Positions 13,205 through 26,993 of a stretch of DNA of 64,000 nucleotides are shown in pieces. The position numbers were made by a program, and so were the translations under genes. The DNA lies in the NCBI GenBank assembly GCA_036785375.1, contig JAWMAR010000878.1, forward strand, positions 372,001 through 436,000, read 5' to 3'. Under the pieces are notes generated by a model. That model saw only the letters and a program-made list of their open reading frames with translations. It did not search any database and was not told where the DNA came from. Origin of the DNA: Leucoraja ocellata (Eukaryota). The stretch's first letter is position 1. Every line of letters begins with the position of its first letter.

Positions 13205-13930
13205 GCGGCGCACTGGCACAGCGGTAGTTGCTGCCTCACAGAGCCAGGGACCCGAGTTCCATCCTGACTACAGGTGCTTGTCTGTACTGAGTTGTACGTT
13301 CTCCCCATGACCTGCGTGGGGTTTCTCGGAGATTTCCCACACTCCAAAGACGTACAAGTATGTAGGTTAATTGGCTTGGTATAAAAGTAAATTGTCCCCA
13401 GTGTGTTTAGGAAACATAGAAACATGGTGGCACTGTGGCACAACGGCAAAGTTGCTGCCTTACAGCGCTTGCAGTGCCGGAGATCTGGGTTCATTCCGAC
13501 TACAGCTGCTTATCTGTACGGAGTTTGTACATTCTCCCCGTAACCGGTTTTCTCTGAGATCTTCGGTTTCCTCCCACACTCCAAAGTCGTACAAGTATGT
13601 AGGTTAATTGGCTTGGTGTATGTGTAAATTGTCCCTAGTGTGTGTAAGATAGCGTTAATTTGCGGGGTGATCGCTGGTCAGCGCTGACTCTGTGGGCTGA
13701 AGGGCCTGTTTCCGCGCTGTATCTCTAAAGATAAAAAATAGGTGCAGGAGTAGGCCATTTGGCCCTTCATGACAGCACTGTCATTTTATATGTTTCTATA
13801 AGGTCCCATCTCTTCCTTCTAAATTCCACTAAATATAAGCCAGGATAGCGTTGGTGTGGGGGGGGATTGTTGGTCGGCGCTGACTCGGTAGGCCGAAGGG
13901 CCTGTTTCCGTGCTGTATCTCTAAACTAAA
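13205..13930 (+). mobile_element. Cluster of tRNA-derived SINEs (HE1/V-SINE-like); further copies at ~1841, 3581, 10560, 14180(-), 41160, 41355, 61260(-)
   Basis: A box TGGCACAGCGG, B-box-like GGGTTCGATTCC, core GTTCTCCCC...TTTCCTCCCACACTCCAAAGACGT, tail GGGCCTGTTTCC...TCTCTAAAC. Confidence 0.8.
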
Positions 13931-15227
13931 CTAAACAGGATGGCTAGTGGTCAGCTTACAAGTTGCTCTGAGAAGCCTCCTGCTTACACATCCACAATTG
14001 TATTCATTGTAGTTTGATACAATGTTTGGGTTGCATTTAGCTGTAAACTGGAAGTGTTGGACTTTCAAAATGTTGATAGAAATAAAGTCTTTACAAAGAG
14101 AGAGAAAATAATCCAGTCCCACTTCGGCCCACCGATCCACACCGACCATCGATTGTCCATTGCCCATTCAATCTATTTCTATGTTATCAAACTTTCTCAT
14201 CTCTACACACGAGGGGCAATTTACAGTGGGCCAATCAACCTACAGACCTGCATATCTTTAGGATGTGGGAGGAAACCGGAGCACCTGGAGGAAACCCACA
14301 CGGTCACATGGAGAACGCGCAAACTCCATGCAGACAGCATCCGAGGTCAGGAACGAACTTGGTTCTCTGGCGTTGTTTGGCAGCAGCTCTGGCTCTGTGT
14401 CTAGGTGCCGCCTCTGTGTACATACTAACATTATTATTCCATCCAAAAACATCACCTCACAATTACCAACTGCTGTTGCAATGCCTCTGTTACCACTAGG
14501 CAGTGCTGGTCTGTGAAATGATGCATGGCCGTGGAAGTCATTGACATCCTTGGCATTTAACCATGAAAGAGGCTGCGATATGGGAGAAGAATATTCAAAT
14601 TGGTCTGGGTGGTTAACAAAGCATTTCATAAAGCACACAGCGTACACAGCCGGGAAGTTACATCTATAAGGCATTATATGAAGCCTGGCTTGAGTCCTGT
14701 GCCCAGTTCCAGAAATTTAGCTGTAGAAGGATTGTGAGGTTTGGTGAGGGCCCAGAGGGATTTACAGGAGCTCTCGAGAGATGAGGAATTATGTGTGGCA
14801 AACACAAAATGCTGTAGTAACTCAGTGGAACAGGCAGCATCCCAGGAGAGAAGGAACGGATGACGATTCGGGTCGAGACCCTTCTTGGGTGTATGTGGGT
14901 GGGAAAGGGAAGCCAAGGATGTTTCCTTAGAGCTGAGGGGCAAGAGGAGCAGTAACAACACTGTGGTGCAGCTTGTGGAGCCACCTTTTTGCAGCTCCTC
15001 TGACCCCGGTTCAATCCTGACCTTGGGTGCTGCCTGTGTGGAGTTTGCATGCTCTCCCTCTGAATGTGTGAGTTCCCTTTGGGCGCATCAGGGAAGCAGT
15101 CCCAGCTGTGAAGGGTGTGATTGCGATAACCAGAAGGTATTGATTTAAGGTGTTGGATGAAGAAATGAAGACAAACATTGGAAGCACATTTTACATGAAG
15201 GGAGGAGCACTTGAAATAGCAGACAAA

Positions 15228-15750
15228 ATGTGTAGCAAGGAACTGCAGATACTGGTTTAAACTGAAGATAGACACATAAAGCTGGAGTAACTCAGTGGGA
15301 CAGGCAGCATGTCTGTAGAGAAGGAATGGACGTTTCGGATTGAGACAGTTCTTCAGACTGAAAGTCACGGGAAAGGGAAAGGAGAGATATAGATGATGAT
15401 GTAGAGAGATATAGAACAATGGATGAAAGATATGGAAAAAAAGTAACGATGATAAAGGAAACAGGCCACTGTTAGCTGTTTGCTGGGTGTAAACGAGAAG
15501 CTGGTGCGACTTGGGTGGGGGAGGGATGGAGAGAGAGGGAATACCGGGTTTACTTGAAGTTAGAGAAATCAATATTCTGGGCTGTAAGATGTCCAAGCGA
15601 AATATGAGATGCTGTTCCTCCAATTTGCGTTTAGCCTCACTCTGACAATGGAGGAGATCCCGGACAGAAAGGTCTGAGTGTGAATGGGGCAGAGAATTAA
15701 AGTGTTTATCAAGCGGGAGATCAGGTGGGTCCAGGCTGACTGAGCGAAGG
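15228..15750 (-). mobile_element. Penelope 3' end (GIY-YIG C-terminus + terminal repeat)
   Basis: KLEEQHLIFRL motif as in 36683-37018, followed by the CTGAAGAA...GAAACGTC tail. Confidence 0.8.
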
Positions 15751-15754
15751 TGTT

Positions 15755-16490
15755 GTGGGGTGGGTGTGGGAGTGGTGATGGGTTGGTAGGGGTGGTGGGA
15801 GTGATTGAAGGGTGGCAGGTAGTAATGGGGTTTGGGGGGTATAGCTGGTGGTGGTGTATGGGGGTAGTATCAGGGGATGGGGATGGTGGCGGGGGATGGG
15901 GTGTTGAGGATGGAGGGGAGTGGTGGTGAATGGTCGCTGGAGGTGTTGGGACAGATTGAGGTTGATGGGGGTTGCTGGGCGTTCGGGTTGGTGGGTGGTG
16001 CGGGGGGGATGGTGGGGGATGGTGGGTGGGGAGTGGCGGGGTGTGGCGCGAGGATGGAGGGGATGGGGGTGTGGAGTGGTGGGGGTGGGCGAGACTGGGG
16101 CGTGTGGAGGTTGGGCAGCGGGGGTGGATATGGTGGGGGGTGATGGGCATGGGGATGTCGGTCCAGTAGGTGGGAGTCAGGAAGTCGGGGTAGGGGTGGG
16201 AAGAGCTTTTGTGGGGTTGGAGGGTAGGTAATGGGAGAGTGGGGTGGGATGGGGGCATGGTGGTATGGCTGGTGCTGGTGTGTGATGGTCAGGGTGGTGA
16301 GGGTGTGTGAGTGTGGGGGTGGTGCTGTTATGTTGAGGTCAGGGTGGCGGAGATCAGGGTCAGGGTGGTGCTGCTGTTGTCAGGGTATTGGTGGTGTGAG
16401 GGTCAGGTTGGTGGAGGTGTAGGAGGTGAAAGAGTGTGAAGGTGTGGGAGGGGGGTGGTGCTGCTGTGATGGGGTCAGGAAGGGTCAATA
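15755..16490 (+). repeat. G/T-rich low-complexity tract
   Basis: GGT/GGG-rich simple sequence. Confidence 0.85.
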
Positions 16491-18930
16491 GTGGAATAGG
16501 TGCAGGAGTAGGCCATTCGGCCCTTTGAGCCAGCACCACCATTCACTGTGATCATGGCTGATCATCCACAGTCAGTACCCCGTTTCTGCCTTCTCCCCAT
16601 ATCCCTGGGCTCTGCTATCTTTAAGAACTCTAGCTAACTCTCTCCTGAAAGCCTCCAGAGAATTGGCCTCCACTGCCTTCTGAGGCAGAGAGTTCCACAG
16701 ATTCACAAGTCTGTGTGAAAAAGTTTTTCCTCATCTCCATTCCAAATGGCTTACCCCTTATTCTTGAACTGTGGCCCCTGGTTCTGGACTTTCCCAACAT
16801 CGGGAACATGTTTCTTGCGTCTAGCGTGTTCAAACCCTTAATTATCTTAAGGGCCTGTCCCACTTGGACGACATAATCCACGAGTTTAGAGGACCCTAGA
16901 CGAATTGATAAAAATGTCAAGGTCGTGTTGACTCGCTGAAGTACACGACCTCCTACGACCTCCTACGACTATGTGTACGACCTCTTACGACCCCCCTTGA
17001 CCTCAGTATTCCACACCTAAGACCAACTAAGACTAGCTACGAGTGGAAAATGATCTCCGGTCGGTGGGGGCGCTGCAAGCCGGCAGCCCTGCCAACAGCG
17101 TGTCAATTCTTTCTACTTTTTTTGGTTTTTTTAGTATGTCTTAATGTGGTTTTTAATGTTCCTCTGTGTGTCTTGTGTGGGGGGGGTAAGGGAGAAACCG
17201 CTTTGGTCGCCTCCTCCACGGAGAGGCGACTTTTTCCATGTTGCCTCCCCAGTGGCCTAACATCGAGGATCGGTGCGGCCTTTCCCAGAGACGCTTCAGC
17301 TGCGGGCGTATCGCGGACTTTCGGCGTGGAGCGCGCGTGACCTCGCTGGGGCTCGCCGGAGGGGAGCGCTCCGTTCGCTGACCCGCGGCAGCCTGAAGCC
17401 GCAGACTGCAGAGCTCCAGCTGGCACGGCGTCCGCAGCCTGGGATCCCTCGCTGGGGACCCGGGAGAAGAAGAAGCTCCGACTCCGTCCTGCACATCTGG
17501 ACGCCCACAGCAACGGCTGCGGAGGGTTGAGGTCCCGACCACGGGGGAAAATGGAGGAGGACTGGACAAATTTTGTGCCTTCCACCACAATGATGAATGC
17601 TGTGGTGGATGTTTGTATTGTATTGATTGATCAAGGTAAAATTATGTCATGTTTGCATTTTTATTCTCGGGCCAGTTACCGACCTACGACTATCTACCAC
17701 TATCTACCACTACCTACCACTATCTACCACTATCTACACTATCTACCACTATCTACCACTACCATCAGGTTCTACCTACGACCTGCCTACGAGTAAAAAT
17801 TATCCATTTGTTCCATGCCGACCTTTTTTTTTTACTCGTGGGCATTTTTTATCAGGCCTGAAAAAACGCAGCAACCTACTTGAGGCCACGAGTACGCGGA
17901 GACCACTCACGAGCATGAGGAAGAGTTACAAAGACCTCCTACGACCTAGTGGCGACCATGCTGCGAGTGTGAGTCAAGAGCAAACTCAGCAGAGGTCGCA
18001 AATTAGGTTGTGAAAGTGGGACAGGGATATGTTTCAATAAGACCCCTCTCATTCTTCTAAATTCCAGAGCATGCAAGCCCAGATGCTCCATTTTATCAAC
18101 ATATGCTATCCCAGGAATTAACCTGGTGACCCTGCGCTACACTCTCTCAATAGCAAGGATGTCCTTACTCAAATTTGGAGACCAAAACTACACACAATTC
18201 TCCAGGTATGTGCTATATAAATAAAACTTACTAGGTATGGTCTCACTAGTACAGCTGCAGAAGGACCTCTTTGCTCCTATACTCAACTTCTCTTGTTATG
18301 AAGGCTATCATGCAATTCACTTTCTTCACTTCCTGCTCTACCAATATACTTACTTTCAGTGACTGATGAACAAGGACCCCCAGGTCTCGTCGTACTTCCC
18401 CTTTTCCCAACTTGACACCATTTAGATAATAATCTTCCTTTCTGTTTTTGCTACCGAAGTGGAAAACCTCTCATTTATCCACATTAAACTGCATCTGCCC
18501 ACTCACCCAACCTGTCCAAGTCCACCCTGCATTCTCATAGCATCCTCCTCACAGTTCACACTGCCACCCAGCTTTCTGTCATCTGTAAATTTGCTAATGT
18601 TACTTTTAATCCCTTCATCTGAATCATTAATGCATATAGTAAATAGCTGCGGTCCCAGCACCGAGCCTTGCGGTATCCCACTAGTTATCCCTACTCTTTG
18701 TTTCCTGTCTACCAACCAATTTTCTATCCATGTCAGTATGCTACCCCCATACCATGCTCTCTAATTTTGCCCCCTAATCTCCTATGTGGGACATTATCAA
18801 ATACTTTCTGAAAGTCCAGGTACACTCCATCCACTGGCTCTCCCTTGTCCATTTTCCTAGTTACATCCTCAAAGAACTCTGACCGATCCTGCTACTGCTA
18901 CCCAAATGTGTCACTATTTCATCTTTTATA
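16490..18930 (-). mobile_element. CR1 LINE (minus), interrupted by a MITE at 16850-18027
   Basis: Minus-strand [24 protein letters not shown]1 3' UTR; CR1 sequence resumes after the insert. Confidence 0.85.
16850..18027. mobile_element. Non-autonomous TIR element (PIF/Harbinger-like MITE); another end at ~20060-20208
   Basis: Termini GGGCCTGTCCCACT...AGTGGGACAGG; internal CTACGAC and CTACCACTAT repeats. Confidence 0.65.
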
Positions 18931-18999
18931 GTCAGAGTGAGGCTATTGTGTGGAGGTGGGTATCAGGGAGGGTGGTGCTGGTTGGAACGTGGGGGTGAT

Positions 19000-20060
19000 G
19001 GTGCCGCAGTTGTCATGGTTCCTGTCCCCACCCCCCGGTGGGGTGGAGCCGCGACACAAACTAACACTCTAGAATGTAGCATTTTGAACGATGCAGACAA
19101 TGGGCAGCGGCACCGGGGGCGGGACATAGACACAGACACAGACAGACGGCGTTGGAGGAGGTCGTGTCTGGTGTCTGCTCTGCTCAGCTCAGCTATACTC
19201 TACCCTACCATCATCTACTATACTATATTATACTCTAGGTGCGGCGGGGACGGGTGGTGACCAGAAGGGGAGTGGGTGAAGTGGCCACGCTCCCGCTCCT
19301 TGTTCCCGGCGCCGCGGCGAAGCTTCTGCTGCTCGGACCACGCAGGGATCATCACTCGGTGAGTCTGTGTCTGTCGTGTCGGTCCCTGGCCCCGCACAGG
19401 TGACCGCTCCTCCCGGCGCCGGGGGCCCTGCGGACGGGGGCGGCTCCCAGCCTCACCCCCTTGACTGCCTCCCCTTAAACACCGACCCACGGCAGCGCTG
19501 TCAGAGCCCAGGGGCGCCGCACCGCTGAATGAACCAACCGTACACTTTAAAGACGTATTGTACAAGTTATTGCCATTTGTAACTTTACAAAAACGACTTT
19601 TAAAGCCGCTTCCACTTGCCCTGCCTGTCAATGACATCACGATGGAATCCCGAATCTCATTGACATTAAACATCGTGTGGGGTGGGATAGGGTAGAGGTG
19701 AGGAGTGGGGGAAGCAGGCAGGCAGGGAGAGGGGTTATGGAGGGAGGAAGGGAGTGACTGAGGGAGGGAGAGGTGATTGAGGGAGGAGGAGAGGGGAAAG
19801 AAGAGGGAAGGTGAAGGAAGATGCCTGGTGTGGGCCGAGCCTCGGGGCTGTAGCCGGGCCCGGGCTTTGGTCGCTGAGGAGTGGACACAGACACGGACTG
19901 GGCCCTGAGTGCGGCTCCGGGCCTTGGGCTGGGGTTCGAGCCGGTGTGGGGTCCGGGGGCTGCTGCTCCGAGCCCGTGGGCAGGGAGAGGAGCGGGACCT
20001 GGGACAAGAACCTCCCCCAGACCGCAGCCTCAGCCTCTCCCTCCCATGGCTCCAGACCTG
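19000..20060 (+). promoter_or_regulatory. CpG-island-like region with GC boxes and a candidate 5' exon ending at 19358
   Basis: High GC/CpG, GGGGCGGG box near 19115, consensus donor G|GTGAGT at 19359; lies 3.2 kb upstream of the SUN2 remnant. Confidence 0.5.
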
Positions 20061-21704
20061 TCGACACGTGACGCCTGTATGGTCGTGAATAGTCGTCCAA
20101 AGAGTCGTACCTTTTCCTGGTCGACGCTGGATCTTCAACGTGTTGAAAATGCGACTATGACGGGTGCCGGCAGTCGCAGAAAAAAATCGCGTGAGTGGGA
20201 CAGGCCCTTTAGACTGTTGAGGAAGCCTTGTTTATGGGCTCACAGTCAGGTGGGGGCTGTAAAGCTCCACTTGGTTCCAGTTGGATTGTCTGGTCCCTGT
20301 ATTGTCTTAGATAGACACAAAATGCTGGAGTAACTCTACAGGACAGGCAGCATCTCTGGAGAGAAGGAATGGGTGACGTTTCTGGTCTAGACGCTTCTTC
20401 AGACAAATACAGGGGAGTGGGAGGTACATAGATAAGGAAGTGTATAGACAAGGAAATCTATAAGTGTATAGATAAGGATATCTCCCACTCTCCTGACATC
20501 AGTCTGAAGAAGGATCTCGACAAGAAACGTCACCCATTCCTTCGCTCCAGTGATGATGCCTGGCCCGCTGAGTTTCTCCAGCATTTTGTGTCCATCTTTG
20601 GTGTAAAGCAGCATCTGCAGTTCCTTCCTACACAAGCCATGTGGACAGGCCGGTGGGGGTGAGTAGGAGGGGTTGGGGGTGCCATGTAAAATCACAAAGG
20701 ATTGTGAGTGAGGAGAAGTCATGAGTAAGGACGACAAGGTCACTGTGTTGACGGTGCAGGTTTAAAAGGGTGGCACGGTGGCGCCGTGTAGTGTTGGTCA
20801 CATTTGTTCCGAAACAAAGAAGGAAGCAGATCTGGTGAAATTTCTCAAAGAAACTGGAGAAATTATGGAAATGGAATGGGTTTACTGGTCAGTGGGGGAA
20901 GAGCGAGGGGCAGGGGGATTGGTGATTGGTCAAGCATTTGTGACTATCTTCCGTTCAGGCAGTGGGCGTAGGTTAGACATTTGATACAGCAAGGTATAAC
21001 TAGTCCCAAAAACGTGCAGATTTGTAGGTTTATTGGCCTCTGTAAATTGTCCCTAGTGTGTAAGGGAGTGGATGTGAAAATGAGGTTGTTATGGGGAGAA
21101 GGCGGGAGAATGGAGATGATGGGGAAAGATAGATCAGCCATGATTGAATGGTGTAGTAAATGATGCAGTGTTGTGGCAATCTTTGCCAGTTGTCACGTGG
21201 CCTGTGCCTTGTGTTGTCTGAGATGTTATCTGCTGTTTGGGCACAGCCTCACGTGTTGAATGGAAGCAGTGTTGGCCCTGCAGCTGGTGTTGGCTGGCGC
21301 TAGCCAGTTGAAAAGCAAAACGCGCAGATGCTAGAAGTCCGAAATGAAAACGGGAGACGCGTTGTAGGCTTTGTAGGTCTGACCCCATTAATGTGTCAGG
21401 TCACCGACCCTCCATTGAAAGAGACATAAAACAGAGAAACAGGCCCTTCAGCCCTACTCCTCGTCCATGCTGACAAAAGAGCCTTCCCAGTCTGTTCCCA
21501 TTTGCCTGTGTTTGGCCCATATCCCTCTAAACCTTTCCAATCCATATCCCTCACCAAACATTGTTTAAACACTAAATCACCTCCTCTGGCAGTTCGTTCC
21601 ATGTCCCCTCCACTCTCTGTTGGAAAGGTTGCCCCTCAGGTTGCCTGTAAAATCATTCTCCTGTCACCCACGCCTCTGTCCCCTAGTTGTAGATTCCCCG
21701 ATAA

Positions 21705-22554
21705 TAGGTGCAGGAGTAGGCTATTCGGCCCTTCAAGCCAGCACCGCCATTCAATGTGATCATGGCTGATCTTCCACAATCAGTACCCAGTTCCTGCCTT
21801 CTCCCCATATTCCCTAACTCCTCTATCTTCAAGAGCACTATCTAGCTCTCTCTTGAAAGGATCCAGTGAACCGGCCTCCGCCGCCCTGTGAGACAGAGAA
21901 TTCCACAGACTCACAACTCTGTGTGAAAAAGTGTGTCCTCATCTTCGTTCTAAATGGCTTACCCTTTATTCTTAAACTGAGGCCCCTGGTTCTGGACTCA
22001 CCGAACATCTTGAACATGTTTCCTGCCTCTAGCGTGTCCAAACCCTTAATAATCTTATATGTTTCAATAAGATCCCCTTACATAGTTCTAAATTCCAGAG
22101 TGTACAAGCCCAGCCGCTCCATTCTCTCAGCACATACGCCATCCCGGGAATTAACCTTGTGAACCTACGTTGCACTCCCTCAATAGCAAGAATGTCCTTC
22201 CTCAAATTTAGAGATCAAAACTCCACACAATACACCAGGTATGGTCTCACTAGGGCCCGGTACAACTGCAGAACAACTTTACTCTAATACTCAACTCGTC
22301 TTCTTATGAAGGTCAACATGCCATTTGCTTTCATCACTGCCTGCTTTATCTGCATGCTTACTTTCATTGACTGATGAACAAGGACCCCAAATCCCATTGA
22401 ACATCCCCTTTTCCCAACTTGACACCATTTAGATAATTTGCCTTCTCGTTTTTGTGACCAAAGTGGATAACCTCACATTAAACTGCATCTGCTATGCATC
22501 TGCCCACACACCCAACTTGTCCAAGTCACCCTGCATTCTCATAGCATCCTCCTC
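21705..22554 (-). mobile_element. CR1 3' portion abutting the SUN2 remnant
   Basis: Minus-strand RT C-terminus and 3' UTR. Confidence 0.88.
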
Positions 22555-22664
22555 AGTCCACGTTTGGCCACCAACGGCTACAACCAGCACAACGACGACG
22601 CCTCCAGCAGCAGCGGTGGCTCCACCAAATCCAGCGCTCCCTCTTACATGGAGACTCCCGTCAG
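22555..22664 (+). pseudogene. SUN2: SUN2-like first coding exon remnant (start codon region replaced by antisense CR1)
   Basis: SPRLATNGYNQHNDDASSSSGGSTKSSAPSYMETPVR resembles the SUN2 N-terminus (MSRRSQRLTRYSQGDDDGSSSSGGSS...KDSPLR); phase-2 donor AG|GTGTGT. Confidence 0.75.
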
Positions 22665-23443
22665 GTGTGTCTCTCTAACTCTCTCTTGTCTCGTTCTCCC
22701 CCCCCCCCCCCCCTCTCCCTCTCGTTCTTTCCTCCCTAAGCTATGCTCCTTTCTAACAGTAAAGATGCAGCCTCCACCCTCGTTCCTCACTCAGGGAGCT
22801 GTGTATCACAATTCCAACCCTCCGCCCACCCCCCCTTCCCTCTCCTCCCGCAGCACGGCCTCCCCTCCCAATCGCCCCCCTCCCTCCCGCCCATTCCTCC
22901 CGCCCCCTAACCCCAACTGAACCTTTCCCCACAGGACAAAACCTCAAGGAAAGTTCCAACAGCCTCTTCTTTCCTGCTTGGAATCTCAGGTGGAGGATGA
23001 TTGGATGTAGGGTATAACTTCCATAGGCCAAGGGCAGGGTTGCCGTGCCAATAAGTTGTTGATCAAGCCATTCGTTTGATGGGCTCATGAGGGATGTTAG
23101 AGGGAACGTGAACAGGCGCTGTCTGACCCGCTGAGATACTCCAGCACTTTGTGACTTTTTTATAAACCAGCATCTGCAGTTCCTTGAGGAGGGGGAGAGG
23201 GAGAGAGAGAGAATCATGATATTCCTTCCCCGTGAGAACCAATCTTCTCCCCCCCCCCCCCCCTTTCCTAGCTCTGACAAGCGACTCTCTCCATCCCTCC
23301 CCTACCCAAGTCGCACCAGCTTCTCATTCTCATTTAGCAAATGGCTAACAATGGCCAGTTTCCTTTATCATTGTTACTTTTTTGCTTCTCTTTCGCAGTC
23401 CTGGTCTGCCTCCGTCCTAAATCATTGCCCTTTATCGTTTCAG

Positions 23444-23622
23444 GTTGCACAAGAAAAGGTCAAACAGCAAGAAGCCGGGACCTGTGCCTGGTGTCAAACG
23501 TTCACCGTCCAACAGTTCAGTCAACAGTCTGAGTAGCTACATCAGCAACGTCAGCAACGTCAGCAACTCCTCCAAGCGCTCTCTGCACCTCAGCAGCAGC
23601 AGCGGCTGGCAGGAGCCCGTCG
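23444..23622 (+). pseudogene. SUN2: SUN2-like exon B (copy 2)
   Basis: TTTCAG acceptor; (R)LHKKRSNSKKPGPVPG...WQEPV resembles SUN2 RTLKRKSSNMKRLSPAP; phase 2-1, in frame with the previous exon; GTACGT donor. Confidence 0.7.
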
Positions 23623-26600
23623 GTACGTGTCCGGGGTGAAAGCAGGGCACCGGCACATTTCTTTAGTCAGAGGCTGGTGAATTAGTGTAATTCATTGCCA
23701 CTGAAGGCTGTGGAGGCCAAGTTAGTCGATATATTTAAGGCAGAGATAGACAGATTCTTCATTAGTACAGGGGTTACGGGGAGAACGCAGGAGATTGGGG
23801 TCAGGAGGGAGAGATAGTTCTGCCATGGTGGAATTTCGGAGTAGACTTGATGGGCCGAATGGCCTAATTCTCCTATCACATGCTCTTTCGACATCAGTGT
23901 TCTTAAAGCCTTAACCCTTCCCTCCAACATACTGGTTAAGGGCTTCTCCTTGGTTTAAAGTACCGCGATCACTGGTGCACGTCGGAGACTCGTGCAACAG
24001 TATCTCAGTTTTAATTGGAAACGAGCCCTTTGGCCCAACGAGTCCGCGCTGACCAGCGATCATCGCACAGCTGCTGTGAGACTTTGCCTATCCCGCTGGG
24101 TGCTGGGAGGCGGACAGGAGAGGGGTGAGTGGAGGATGTTGGGGGGTGTGGGGGGTGAGTGGAGGATGTGGGGGGGTGGGGTGAACACCCCATTGCTGGG
24201 CTGGGGCAGGGTGAGGTTGAGTGGGCTATTACAAAGCGCAGGTATCGGGACATGGTGTGGGTGTATGTGCTGTTACTGGGAAGGGGGTGAGGGACATGTA
24301 AGCGGGCTGACGGTTGAGAGGGTAAATGAAGCGGGTGGGGTGTGAGGGTCCCATTACTGGGGCAGGTGAGGGGCTGTTCATGAGGTGGGCTGTGGGTGGG
24401 TGGGTGAGTGGGCTGTGGACTGACACTGGGCAGGAGCTGAACGTGTTGTACAGGATTGTAGATTTCACACTCTCACGCACGCACTCTCAAGATTCAATTT
24501 AATTGTCATTTGGACCCCTTGAGGTCCAAACGAAATGCCGTTTCTGCAGCCATACGTTACAAACAAATAGACTCAAGACACAACATAATTTACATAAACA
24601 TACATAAAGGCCAAAAAAACGTATCTCTCCACTGCACTCTCCCCCCCCCCGATGTCAAAGTCAAAGCCCCCGGCTGGCGATGGCGATTGTCCCGCGGCCA
24701 TTAAAGGCACGCCGGGTGATGCAAGGTCGCACACCGGGTCTTGGTGTTAAAGCCCCCGGCGTGCGCTCGCAGAGTCCCGCGGCCATTCCAAGCCGCGCGG
24801 GGTGATGATGTCAGGCCCCGCTCCAGGAGCACTTCGACCCCGCAACTCGGGTGGGAGAAGTCGCCGTTGCGAGAGCCCTGAAAAGCGGTGTCCCTCCAGG
24901 GACCCGCGGGCTCCCGGTGCCGCCGTCCGCCAGATCCTCAGTTGCAGCCTCCGAATCTCTGGAGGTCGGGCCGCAGCAGCAGCAGCGCTCAACCACCGCT
25001 CCACCCGCTCCGGACTCGGCCAGCTCCGCGACGGTGAGGTGAGTCGTCGGCACCAGAGTCCCCGGTCTTCTCCTGTTGGAGGCTGCTCCTCGTTGCAACC
25101 CCAACGACAACGTTCAGCAAGGTGTGGAAAGTGATGCAGCTTCTGCTAAAGAGCATCGTTCCATTGCAATCTCCAGGTTGTATCAGCAGCAACTCCCTGT
25201 GTATCCATCCACTTAAAATCATGAACGAATCCACTTCCTGCAGCATTTTGGAGAGAATATTCTGGATCCTGTCAGTATTGATGCTGTGACCTCTGTTTAT
25301 TGATCCCTCAATAGCAAATCCTTTCTCGTGTAAAACCCTGCTACAATCTTTAACGTTTGATAGGTCATCTCTTTTACCTTCTCTGTTCCGAGAGGACTCC
25401 TAACTTTTCCAAATTACTCTTTACTGTAATTCTAGACACTCTCTAAATCAATTCTTCAGCTTGAAGTCTGAAGAAGGGTCCCCACCCGAAACATCACCCA
25501 TCCTTTTTCAGACAGAGATGCTGCCTGACCCGCTGAGTTACTCCAGAACTTTGTGTCTATCTTAGGCTTTTGACATCCTTCCTTTAATTTAGTTTAGAGA
25601 TACAGCGTGGAAACAGCCCCTACGGCCCACCGAGTCGGCACCGATCAGCGATCCCCGCACAGTAACAGTTGAGCCGTGGGCCGATCAGTTGCATGGTGCT
25701 TTTGTGAACAGCACCACAAACATTGGGCCACATGACCCTTTGAACATTGTAAACCTTGAGAGAGAAGTTTGCTTTGTTGACATCTTGCTCTTCTTTCCCA
25801 CCCCCCAGGTTTGGCGTACTCTGAATTGTTCTCTCCCCTTGCCAAGCTGTGGAGCTGGATCTCGCTGCTGTCTCCAGGTACCTGCATTACTAATCTTCCC
25901 TCTTCTGTGGTCCATGGCCCCAAAACTGTGCTCCAGTCAACCAGTGCCCTGCTGATACTGGACCCAGTGGTGAGGTACAGCCCGCTGCTCTCTCCTTAAA
26001 CTCCCAGCGTTTGCACAAGGCCTGGTCCCCAGTGCTCTGTTGTTCGTGCAGCCTAAGGACCACAGTCAGTGCAGGAGGAAGCCACCTTCCAGCTTGGTAC
26101 TCCAGTGTGTTCCCTCAGCCTGACTGGGTCACTCACTGAGATGAGTGGTGAGTTGCCCAGAGGACCATAGAGTCAAGAGACGACTGACTGTCAATGCTCG
26201 GTTACTCGAGGCCAACTGAAGTCATGTTGTAACACCTAAGGGAGGCCTGGTTTGTGCTCCAGGATCACTGGGGTGATGAAAGAATAGGATCTCCTTTAGA
26301 TTTCCCCAGCTGTGTGGCACCGAGGATGCTTTTGAAATGTAGTGTAAGGTGGTGGACCGTGGCCAAGCTCGCACACAGCATTGTGATCAGCAGACGCCCA
26401 TGTTCAATAAATCTAGATCTCTCTAACTTCAAGTAACCCTCTCTCTCCGTCCCTCCCCCTCCTTTGTCATTGTACTAGTTTCACTGTCGTCCTGGTGAGT
26501 TTCATTGTATGTATCATTCGTTAACACCGAGCCCACAGCCAACCAACAATGGACCCTTTCCTTCATCATCGTTACTTTTTTGCACATCGTTCATTCATTT

Positions 26601-26661
26601 GTTCCATGTCTCTCTACATCACCGTCTATATCGCTTGTTTCCCTTTCCCCTGACTCTCAGT

Positions 26662-26689
26662 CTGAAGAAGGGTCTCGACCCGAAACGTC
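26662..26689 (+). ncRNA. Minimal hammerhead-ribozyme-like motif (best-preserved copy)
   Basis: CTGAAGA-A-[GGGT CTCG ACCC]-GAAAC-GTC with palindromic ACGT in place of stem III. Confidence 0.6.
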
Positions 26690-26993
26690 ACCTATTCCTT
26701 TTCTCCAGAGATGCTGCCTGTCCAGCTGAGTTACTCCAGCTTTTTGTGTCTATCTTTGCCCATGGTGGTTGTGGGATAAGATTGACTGGGACAGAGGGGG
26801 CTGCTATCCATCCACAACCAGGCAATCTCTCTGTGTTGAAATGTGATACTCCCTGCTCGGTGGAAGTGTAATTGACAATCTCCCGTTTATTTAGTCTGGA
26901 CACAAAAGGAGGCCATTCGGCCCATCGTGGCCTCTGGAGTACCCCCATCAGTGCGGTTGCCTGTTGATATCCCTGCAACCTATTTTTTCTTAG

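Noticed and set aside
14664-16258. Long ORFs of 319 and 229 aa
   Set aside because: Read through Penelope tail, SINE and G-rich low complexity; no coherent protein
19218-20138. 306-aa minus-strand ORF
   Set aside because: By-product of GC-rich sequence; no domain; runs into a MITE end
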